From: Chiloscyllium plagiosum
Taxonomy: Eukaryota
Length of the DNA stretch: 20,000 bases
Reading direction: 5' to 3'
Assembly: GCF_004010195.1 (NCBI RefSeq)
Contig: NC_057720.1
Coordinates: 32,680,199-32,700,198 of the forward strand
In this document: positions 10,198 through 19,186 of the stretch, in pieces
Position numbering within the stretch: the stretch's first letter is position 1
Layout of the letters: every line of letters starts with the position of its first letter
The notes under the pieces: generated by a model
Seen by the model: the letters and a program-made list of their open reading frames with translations, nothing else
Databases searched by the model: none
What the model was told of the DNA's origin: nothing
Made by a program: the position numbers and the translations under genes

Positions 10198-10971
10198 ATT
10201 GAAATGTTGTAAACTTGTAAGGGTTCTGCCAGCCAGCGACTTGAGATAGACCCACATTAGACAGCACTAACACATCCCTTTAAGCCTCTCACTTTCTCAC
10301 CTTGACTGACTGTTCCCACCACATGCAGAATATTAGGCCCTCTTCCATTCCTTCATGCCTCTGATCCCACTCTACACCATGCCTAATTACTATCCTTGCT
10401 GGTCTTGAGCCACCATGCAAGCTGCCACTATCCCACTTTCCTGCCTATGCTACAGAGTTTAATAAGGAAAACCATTGAGCTTAGACGCAACCAGACAAAG
10501 CCGCAACTGTTGCACTAACATGAACCAGGTGCCACAAGATTCTACTGTGTCACTGACTTTATCTTGAAGGTATGATGGATATAATTAAAAAACATTTTAC
10601 TTTAATGAGTGCTCATGACATACAAATGTATTACAAGTGGGAACCCATTACAGGAAGGCCTGAGGCCAGAGTCACACTGATGTAATCTCTGTATCTTAAC
10701 GTACTGTCGGGAAATTAAAATTCCAGCTCCTGCCTACATCAGTCACCCCACATGCTACAATTCCTGCTCTTACAGGCCCCGATCCCCAGTCATCAACACA
10801 CCCCACCTCTCTTTCAAGAAATAAATCCTTAAATCGACGTTCAAGTAAACTCTAAACTAAACTATTTTCGTTATTATGCTACTATAAATCCAGATTCTCA
10901 GGTGAATTTCCGATTCTGCTTGACTGCAACTTGTTGAGTTAGAACCCTTGAAAAATAGTTTTGTGGTAATT

Positions 10972-11109
10972 AATAAAAGCAACATTCTGTGGATTCTGGC
11001 AATCTGGATTAGAAACTGAAAATGCAGAGAAACTCAGCAGATCTGACAGCATCTGTGGAAAGAGAAACAGAGTTAACATTTTGAATCCAATATGATTCCT
11101 AGCCAGAAC
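10972..11109 (-). mobile_element. Older Penelope-like pLTR-derived mini-element (family C) with decayed hammerhead
   Basis: The minus strand reads GTT-CTGGCTA-G-GAATC-ATATTG-GATTC-AAAA-TG-TT-AAC (stem I GTT/AAC and stem II GAATC/GATTC intact, core decayed). It is followed by CAGATGCTGTCAGATCTGCTGAG, related to the GATGCTGCCTGACCTGCTG of family B. No convincing TSD. Confidence 0.65.
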
Positions 11110-11254
11110 CATTACAATTAAGGGATTTTGCTTTGAATAAAATATGAACATTCCAACTCTCAAGGTCAGCTTGCGATGTCATAAGAGTTAATTGGCTCTT
11201 TAAGACTTTTAAATTGTTTTCTGTTGGATGGCTTCTGAGCACATCTGCAGTCAG

Positions 11255-11655
11255 TCAGCTGTGGCTTCATTGGCAGCAGCTTTGCCTCTGAGTCAATAGG
11301 CTGTGAGTACAAGGGCTCCCTCTAGGACATGAGTGCATAATCAACACTGATGGTCTGCTGTTCATGTTGTCTTTCAAATAGAAATTAAACAGAGGACGTA
11401 CTGTCTGCTGGATGTAAGAGAACCCACAGCACTGCTTCAAAGAAGACCATGGAAATTATCCCTGATGCTCCAGTCATTATTTACATCTCAATCAACATCT
11501 CGAAAAACAGTCTGGCTGGTCATTATCACTGTTTGTGCAAGTTTGCTGTAGGCAGATTGGCCACTATGTTACTGGAAACTACATGTTAAATTGGCTGTAA
11601 AGGACTTCTGGGCATCGTTTGGTCATGAAAGTCATCATTACAAGTTATTTTTTTG
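11255..11655 (+). mobile_element. DeuSINE-superfamily SINE (SacSINE1-like), degenerate
   Basis: Head GTGGCTTCATTGG...GCCTCTGAGTCA. Deu-domain-like GTCTTTCAAATAGAAATTAAACAGAGG...GGATGTAAGAGAACCCACAGCACT..TTCAAAGAAGA...CTCAATCAACATC...CTGGTCATTATCAC. 3' ATTGGCTGTAAAG...TCATGAAAG. Recalled consensus. Confidence 0.75.
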
Positions 11656-12806
11656 GCTTGTACTTGAACAAGACATCTCAACTTCTAGATGTTTCTGATG
11701 TAACATATCTTAGCAACATAAGTGTCAGACACAAACTTTGGAACTTTTGAAAATAGGTCACTGCAATAAACAATACATCTTGACAGCTACAATATTTTTA
11801 ACATGATAGATAAATTGCATATTTCCTGTCTAGAAATCTTTCCAAATACAGAGATTCAAACTTTTGTAATGACTGCTCTTTCTCAATCATCTCACCAGTA
11901 TTGCTTGCTTTGCTGGGAGAGATACCATACACAGTTACTTGATCTGTCCCAGGTGCTGTTGTTTTAGGAGGCACTTATGATTCAATATATTGACCATATG
12001 CAACTTTGTATGCTTTTTGCAATTTAAGATCAAAATATTTTTAGAAATATTTTATTCAGCTGTCCAATATCAGCTACAAATAAATTTCTTAACAGGTTTA
12101 TGATACCTGACAATTTAGGCACGTACATGTCTGAAAATCTCATAGTGCCAAGATACTGTTGAAGGGCTTTTTATTTGTCTGTGCATTTGATCACTTCCAT
12201 CCTTTTTCCATCAGCCATGAGCATGCTTTGCCTTATGCAACTGACTTCTCATAATTCAAATTCCACTTATTCATATTTAATTTAATTGTCGGATCCTTTC
12301 CAACCTTTGGTCATGTTTCTGTTCAGTCAATTAACAATTCAGAATATTATTTATAAACTAAATTACACTCACTCAATATTATGTAATATTTGTGAACTTA
12401 TTCATTGGAAAATTTCTGAAGTTATGGTGATCCCAAAGGGTATTCTGGTAGACACATATCTGCCAAAAAAACCTGTTAAATATGTACAAGTTGGATCAGT
12501 TTCATGCAATGATACTTTTCAGTACATTGGTACTTAATCTTCTCAAGACCTATTAGAAATAGGCAATAAATGTTAGCCTTGTGAACAACACCCACATCCA
12601 GAGGAGCAATTAACAAACCACAGTTTACATCAAGGCATTGGCATTTCATATCTACAGGCAGAATCTTCACAGGCCAGACAAAAGAACATAAGAACTAGGA
12701 GCAGGAGTAGGCAATGCAGCCACTTGAACCTTCTCCGCCACTTAATACAAACATTGCTGATCTCAACTCAGCCTCAATTTCACTTTCCTGCCTGCTCCCA
12801 TTGCTT

Positions 12807-13015
12807 ACGCGAAAGTGAGTAGTGCAGATGCTGGACATTAGAGTTGAGAGTGTGATGCCGGAAAAGCACAGCAGGTCAGGCAGCATCCGAGGAGCAGGGG
12901 AATCGACGTTTCAGGAAGCCCTTCCAGATGAAGGGCTTTTGCCCGAAATGTCGATTTTCCTGCTCCTCGCAAGTTGCCTGATCTGTTGTACTTTTCCAGC
13001 ACCACACTCTCAACT
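12807..13015. mobile_element. Fold-back Penelope-like mini-element (family B, copy 2) nested in CR1; 15-bp TSD (13/15)
   Basis: CTGCTCCCATTGCTT (12792-12806) vs CTGCTCTCATTACTT (13016-13030). 73-bp inverted arms 12840-12912 / 12945-13017 (about 62/73 matches by hand count). The left arm carries the GAAAGTGAG..TGCAGATGCTGG tail. Confidence 0.88.
12923..12954 (+). ncRNA. Minimal type-I hammerhead ribozyme motif, near-intact (U4A change; CpG decay in stem III)
   Basis: TC-CAGATGA-A-GGGC-TTTT-GCCC-GAAA-TG-TC-GA. Predicted cleavage after C12952 (GUC). Confidence 0.7.
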
Positions 13016-13256
13016 CTGCTCTCATTACTTGTTGACCCATGACTAATTAAAAATCGGCCTATCTCTTTCTTAAGTTTATCCAGTTTCCTGGCATCCACCA
13101 CACACTGGGGTAGTGAATTCCACAGATTCATGAACATTTAAGAGAAGTAATTTTTTTTCTCATCTCTGTCTTAAATATGTCATCCCTTAACCTAAAACTA
13201 TGACATTTGATTCTAGATTGTCCCACAAGGGTACCATCCTCTCTGCATCTACTTTG

Positions 13257-13342
13257 AGAATGTGAGCACTGCAGATTGTGGAGATCAGAGTTGCTCAGAT
13301 GCTGCCTGACCAGCTGTGCTTTTCCAGCACCACACTCTTCGA
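13257..13342. mobile_element. Internally deleted fold-back family B element (copy 3) nested in CR1; 16-bp TSD (15/16)
   Basis: CTCTGCATCTACTTTG (13241-13256) vs CTCTGCATCTTCTTTG (13343-13358). The tail AGAATGTGAGCACTGCAGATTGTGGAGATCAGAGTTG is joined to an inverted arm GATGCTGCCTGACCAGCTGTGCTTTTCCAGCACCACACTC. No hammerhead left. Confidence 0.85.
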
Positions 13343-14556
13343 CTCTGCATCTTCTTTGTCAATCCCCCTTTAGCATCTTGGAAACCTCAATTAGAATTCC
13401 TCCCATCTTTCTAAACTCTGGTGAGTTTAGGCCTAAACTGCTCAACCTCTCTTTATAAAGACAAGCCTTTCAACTCTGAAACTAATCTTGTGAATCTTCT
13501 CTGAACTGCTTCGAATGCAGTTACATCCTTCCACGAGTAAGGGGACCAAACTGTACACAGCGATGCAGATTCAAGCTCTCCAATGCTTCATGCAATTGTA
13601 ACAATGCTTCACTGCTTTTCTATTCTGTCTCTTTCATAATAAGTAATGTGCCCTCCTTATTACCTGTCCCAACATAGTGGCTTTCTGTGACTCATGCACA
13701 AGGATACTCAGATGTTTCTGCTCTGAAGCATTTTGAAGTTTCTTTCCATTTAGATAATAACTTGCATTTTTATTCTGTGGTGAGAAATTAGGGAGATGCA
13801 TAAGAAATTGAGCAAGGCCTTTCTCGACATTGGAAGCAATAAGTGACATTTTCCAACTATGTTCTGGACATCAAGATGAGATTCCCACAAGTGAGAACTA
13901 GAGGACAACTATTGGGGTTCAATGCTCCTTATCACACTGGTTATTATTTAATCATGCCCCAGTAAAATGCATTTGCCTATTTTACCACCTGCCAGATAAA
14001 AACTAGATGCTGAGAATTCCCAACATGAAAGTCAGAAAAGATAATCGGGACTCCAGCTCCTCCAGAGATATATCTTAGAAACCCGGCACCAATGTCTCAG
14101 GGCATAGTCCAGTCAGAATGTTACTTATAAATTAACTTACACTCCCTCAATGTTGCCGTCAGCATGCTATGTCTGCAGACATTGGCATCTGACACTATTG
14201 TATCACATCTCCTATCCATTTACAGTATGTTTCTGCCATTTAATACTTGTCAGAGTTGTCAGCAGTGATCAGTCAAGGGGCAGGCGTGGTGCTGTATGGC
14301 TAGGGAGAGATTGAGAGGAATGGAAGTGCAAGTCGAGGTGGAGGAAGTGGTGATTTGTCCCATATGAGTGAGTGACCAGGCAGCACAGAGGCCATGCTAT
14401 GTTATTCATGTCGGGGAATTTGGTGAGTGGGAATGAGAGAGGGAAGATATTGCATACACTAGTGAAAGTGGTAGAGCACGAGCCTTGGTGTGAGATGTGA
14501 CCAGTAGCAGAGATAGAGTTAGTGTGAGGTAACAGAGAGAAGAGATGGCACATAAC

Positions 14557-14753
14557 CTGACAAAGTGAAAATGGTCATTGACATTTTTCTGACAGCACTG
14601 GGCATTCTTCCAGATGGCTGAGACTGCACTGACCTGAGTGGCAACCAGGCTGGCATTCTGGTTCCTCTGGACGTCCTGTGGGAAGAGAACATTCTGTCTG
14701 CAAAGTGGATCGCCAAGAATTTCTTTACCTAACAAGTTCAGTGATAATTTCAT
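14557..14753 (-). pseudogene. Myb/SANT-like DNA-binding domain remnant, probably from a PIF/Harbinger transposon
   Basis: EILGDPLCRQNVLFPQD...VATQVSAVSAIWKNAQCCQKNVND resembles Myb_DNA-bind_5/MSANTD (RxxVLFP...WxxVAxxVSAVSxxxRxxxQCRKKxND). Followed by a CAG|GT donor-like site and a pyrimidine-rich tract. The conserved Trp region appears deleted. Confidence 0.55.
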
Positions 14754-15046
14754 GAACCATGCAGGGTAATTTCAGGCTGGCAGTGTTTGACTGGGTCCAC
14801 AACAGCCTTTTAAAGATAGTACAAGTGTCAGGATATTCCAGCCCTGCGTATTTCCAGCTACAGTGAGTGGGAGAGTCTAGCATTGGACAAGATGAGTGTG
14901 GGAGGCAGTTGACATGGCTATTTTGAGATTAAAGAATGGGAAAACTGGTAAGACCTCGCAAAGAGAAACCCTCCATGAAGCTCAATGGAAATGGCACTCT
15001 CCCAAAACATGGCATTAGGCTACTTCCATTATGTCCTTAATTTGAG

Positions 15047-15191
15047 ATAGACAATAGACAATAGGTGCAGGAGTAGGCCATTCTGCCCCTTGAGCCAGCA
15101 CCACCATTCATTATGATCATGGCTGATCATCCTCAATCAGTATCCTGTTCCTGCCTTATCCCCATAACCCTTGATTCCACTATCTTTAAGA
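15047..15191 (-). mobile_element. Short CR1 3' end with (ATTGTCT)n tail
   Basis: ATAGACAATAGACAATAGGTGCAGGAGTAGGCCATT...ATCATGGCTGATC...TCCCCATAACCCTTGATTCC. Related to the 3' end at 12682-12800. Confidence 0.8.
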
Positions 15192-15499
15192 TGTTCTTTC
15201 TGTGAACTTATATTTAAATATTTTAAGTCGGGCATACTTTTTCTCTTTCGTGACTTGATATCATCACCCCACTTGAATTTCTAGCCAAGATTTTCTGAAC
15301 TAGTGAATCTCCTGGGGTCAGAAGCATTTATTTAGCATCAGCCCTACAAATTTCTGGGCTTGTCACTTGGCCTGCCTAATATGGGGTGGGGTGAGTCGCA
15401 CATAAAAGTAACTTCTATTTGTAATTTTCTAATTTTCCATCTCACTTCTGCAATTGATCGCTCTGTGTTTAGCTCCTCATCACAGCATTCCTGTGGAAT

Positions 15500-15521
15500 A
15501 CACACACACACACACACACAC
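15500..15521. repeat. (AC)11 microsatellite
   Basis: Read directly from the sequence. Confidence 0.97.
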
Positions 15522-15676
15522 CTCCCCTCAACAGATGGAGCATACCATATGATCCTGGTGTGCTGTGCTCTTCACAATTGGAGCAGGCAATGAGACGATG
15601 TGCTGGATGCTAAGGGACTGAGAAAGTGGGAGCAGTCCTGCAAGGAGGACAATGGGGACACTGGAGAGGAGGAAGC

Positions 15677-15716
15677 TCTCTTTATCCTGAACAGACTTCT
15701 CTTTATCCTGAACAGA
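15677..15716. repeat. Short tandem duplication, 21-bp period
   Basis: TCTCTTTATCCTGAACAGA at 15677-15695 and 15698-15716. Confidence 0.92.
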
Positions 15717-16659
15717 GCTCTGCTGCATTGGTTGCTACAATCCAGACAGGACCTGACTGATACCAGGTTCCAATAGATAAGAGGTGGGTGCAACAGACTA
15801 TCATGGGATGTAAAATAGTCTTTGGTCATCATACTGCCATTTGCTTTGCCTTGTGAGAGTGAACTGAAGCTTCTGGTTTTGTTTGCATTCACTTTTAATG
15901 GTTTTAAGGGAAAGCTCAACTTTTGAACTATCTGATTGCATGTCAGCGTGTGATGTTCACCTGCTGGACAATGACAAGACGCAGGGCATTGGGGTCAGCG
16001 CAGTGGTAACTCAGAGACGGTGTTGACACGATGTAGCTAAGGACGGTAAACTCCATCTGGTGTAAGCGAATGGGGTTGCATGTGTGCAGGAGTGTCAGCT
16101 GTGTTGGCTATGTGCTGTGATCAATATGGTTTGTGGCTGCTGTGCCATTACGCTGCAGATGAAGGGCAATACCATATTGTCTGAGTGCACTGAGGCCTTT
16201 TAAAAATGGTGCCGGCACCAGAAGTGTCTGTCTTTAGGCAGATATTTGCTGAGTGACAAGTTCTGGAAATGATGTTTGATAGAATGGGGCTAAAACCGAG
16301 AGGGATGGAACCCCCAGGGCTGGGGTAGGTTGTTAATGAAATGAGTTTGCTAAGATGTGTTGAGAGATCTTGCTAGGTGTCACAGAGAGAAATCTCTGTG
16401 AAACTCAAAGATACTTAGAAAAATAATTGTAAGATTCAGCTGATAGTAACTGCATTTTTTTCTTTCAATCAATCTTTAAAGGTCTCATTTTTGAAGTTCA
16501 AAGTGCAGGTGAATTCATTGATCCAGCACTTTAGGTTACTCCGCACAACATGTTACACATTTGAGGCAAGTGTCACTAACTTTGCATTAGACTCGTTTAA
16601 TATTCTACTTAACTTTTTGTGAACTGATACACTGAGCGTGTTTAGCTGAAAATCAATAG

Positions 16660-17480
16660 CTGTCTTTATTGAAGTGTGTAATCATCACAAAAGAAGACTA
16701 TTTGACCTATTGTGTCTTTGCTGGTTCTCTGTGTCTCTGTCTCAGTCAGTTTTGCATTTAACATTATTTTCTGTTTGAATTTCTTCCATAAGAAATTATT
16801 CTCCTTCTTTGAATGCTCTTCCACTCTATGACACTGTTTGTTTAATTCTTTGATTGTCTGACAAGGATAGTTATACTTACTCTTTATATTCTCTAGCAAA
16901 ATGGCAATATATTTTCCCTCAGCATGCTAAAATAAATGCTTGACATTAATATGCTCACATTTTCTTGACCACTGGATTCATCTGCTGTTGGTCAGTTGGG
17001 TCTATTTAGGTTTTGCTGCATTAAGCTATATATCTGTTTGTTGGACATTATTTATTGAAGACCTGGTTCAAAAGTGATACACTAGTTGTATCTTGCTGGG
17101 TCCAGATCTCTGCAAGTGAATTGCTGTCTGTAGACAGGAACACTGGAAATTCCCTTCCAGGGTTTTATCCGATGGGTCAGTGTAACTTCAGCAGATCTGT
17201 GAAAATTCTGTTTACCCGGTTTATACAAGGTTTTGGTAAAGGTTATGATGGAAATTCCCAGCAGGAGTACTTTTCCTTAAAACTGACTGTGACTCGACCA
17301 CTTCTTGTTCTGACTACAATTCTGTCTTTCATAACACTGTCTGTTTACCATTTTCTCTCCAGTCTTTTACAAATCAATCTGCCTTCTACGTTGGTTTGAA
17401 ATACTTTATTTGTTGCAATGGTTCTGTTCAAGTATTCATCTGTAATGTGCAATATTTATTGAACATGTTCATTATAATCC
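16660..17480 (-). mobile_element. Possible ancient RTE-clade LINE relic (endonuclease end plus linker)
   Basis: ORF 16666-16899 (KELNKQCHRVEEHSKKENNFLWKKFKQKIM) resembles the RTE linker xNEQCxEIEE...KFKPK. Upstream patches loosely resemble the AP-endonuclease end (xNxxFQ..RR, xHNL). Weak evidence. Confidence 0.3.
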
Positions 17481-17905
17481 TATCATATCTCATCCAGTGA
17501 AGTGAATGCCTGTACTTTCCATGTATTATTTCCTAAAGCAGTTATTCTTGGACATGACTAACAGTGTTATTTTGACTTGCTCTATACATTGAGACTAGAA
17601 GGGACATGCAGCAAGTCAGCATCACTGTGAGGTGGACTGGGAGAGTGGACTTGCATAAGGAGGTTAGCAGCCATGGGAGGTACAAACTAATGACAGAGAG
17701 TCCCTTCAACTTATTTTTGTTTTGTCAGAATGGAACTGTGAAATCACAGGAAAATATGTAGGTGATTTGTGGGCATTTCTTCCATGAGTGCTTTGGTTAG
17801 CCAAGTGGTTTAAATCAGGAGATGTTATTACAACTGAAGAGTACAGTTAGGAAATTCACTGTTAAAACATAGAACATCCAATTCAATTAGTTAAATAGAA
17901 TAGAG

Positions 17906-19036
17906 ATGGCTAGGCAAGGTGATGTATTGCAGCTTTAGCATGTGGGAGCTTGTACAATTCACAATAACCACATTCGTATAAGTTTTGGCTGCTTGAAGGA
18001 CTTCGGCTCAGAGTTGATTAACTGGAATCCAAGCTGCGGACCCTGCACTGCATCAGGGAGGGGGAAAGTGGCCTGGATAATACGTTTCAGGAGAAGTTAG
18101 GAATTAATTACATCAAATTGCGATTATGATCAGGGACAGGAGGGTGTGACTGCAAGTGAGGCAAATATTGGGATCCAGAATTTAGCTTCAGAGAAGCCTC
18201 AGCCAGTGTCCTTTTCCTGCATAGGTACATGGTTCCTGCTCCCGGTGTGGACACAGGCTGCAGAGGGGATGAACAAACTGACAAAACCAGATGGTACAGT
18301 ATATCATTCAAGTGGGGAGAAAAGAGAATTATTGTAGTTTTACAGGATAGCATAGAGTTGAAAGGTGTGGCACTGGAAAAAGCACAACAGGTCAGGCAGC
18401 ATCCAAGGAGCAGGAGAGTTGACGTTTTGGGCATAAACCCTTAATCACAACTGTGCTACTTCTCAGATGCTGCCTGATCTGCCGTGCTTTTCCAGCGCCA
18501 CACTTTTCAACTCCTACTTCCCAGCATCTGCAAACCTGACTTTCTGCTATGGGATAGCATAATTAAGGGAAGAGATCGTGTTTTCTGCAGCAAAGATGGA
18601 GAATCCTGAATGGCTATTTGCCTACCTAGTGCCACTTCAAAATAACTCCTCTGGGGTGGAAAAAAACTTGGAATCAGAGGAGAAGGATCTAGATGTTGTG
18701 GATTTTGTAGGTACAAAAGATATAAGTAGGACAGGAAAACAGGACATGGTCATGGATTACGACAACTTGGGACTGATTTGAAAAGCAGAATGATAGAGGG
18801 AATAATCTCAGGATTATCAACTGAGCCAAGTGCATTTTGGCATCATGTAAATAAGATTACAGGAGGAAATGTGTGGCTCAAAGACAGGTGTGGGAGAAAT
18901 GGGTTCTGTTTCATGGGACACTGGCATTAGTACTGGAGAAATAGACCTGTTGGTTTAGATTGGCTTCGTTTGAACCATGCTGGGTCCAGTGTCCTGGCAA
19001 ATCATAACTTTGGTTGTGGATAGTGTTTTAAACTAA
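17906..19036 (+). mobile_element. Degenerate CR1 ORF1 (zinc finger/leucine zipper plus SGNH/GDSL esterase), interrupted by a family B insertion
   Basis: N-terminal ...SMWEL...WLLEGLRLRVD*LESKLRTLHCIREGESGLDNTFQE. After removing the insert: IVVLQDSI|IKGRDRVFCS..ICLPSA, SSGVEKNLE..KD.DVVDFVGTKDI (cf. HVGTND), IISGL..EP, WLKDRCGRNGFCFMGHW, DWLRLNHAGSSVLAN (cf. DGLHLN). Multiple stops and frameshifts. Confidence 0.85.
18355..18547. mobile_element. Fold-back Penelope-like mini-element (family B, copy 4) in CR1 ORF1; 10-14 bp TSD
   Basis: GGATAGCATA at 18345-18354 and 18552-18561 (extends to TACAGGATAGCATA / TATGGGATAGCATA). Inverted arms; the right arm ends in the CCAGCATCTGCAAACCTGACTTTCT tail. 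Minus-strand hammerhead remnant GTT-GTGATTA-A-GGGT-TTAT-GCCC-AAAA-CG-TC-AAC at ~18418-18451. Confidence 0.85.
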
Positions 19037-19186
19037 TTAGAGGGGGACAGAATACAATTGAAGGAAATATAAAAAGTTAAAAAGAAACAAGAGAGCAGAG
19101 ATTCAGGAGAGCGAAGAAATGAACAATATTCAAAGTGCAACAGGAAGGGGCAGAAAATATCAACAGAAGGCTGGATTCTGGTTAAT

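Larger units (their letters stand above)
12682..13776 (-). mobile_element. CR1 LINE 3' ~0.8 kb (older subfamily) interrupted by two family-B insertions
   Basis: AAGAACATAAGAACTAGGAGCAGGAGTAGGC tail. Minus-strand translations NLWNSLPQCVVDARKLDKLKKEIGRFLISHG and KNASYYLNGKKLQNASEQKHLSILVHESQK...QVIRRA are CR1 ORF2 C-terminal motifs. Confidence 0.88.

Noticed and set aside
12555..12610. Isolated SINE/L2-like tail fragment (GGCAATAAATGTTAGCCTTG...CCCACATCC); likewise GTGCTATATAAATG at ~4132-4160
   Set aside because: Too short and diverged to list as supported features.
12923..12954. A currently active ribozyme
   Set aside because: Every copy has core substitutions (U4A here, G5A at 1927-1961), and no tandem partner exists for dimeric folding.
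15572..15919. 115-aa ORF with a duplicated LFRIKR motif
   Set aside because: The duplication is just the 21-bp tandem repeat; there is no other coding evidence.
16666..16899. Host coiled-coil coding exon
   Set aside because: No convincing paired splice sites; the peptide is better explained as a decayed RTE-like LINE linker.
17055..17399. 114-aa ORF with a hydrophobic C-terminus
   Set aside because: Non-ATG start, no recognisable domain, and it lies antisense to the suspected LINE relic.
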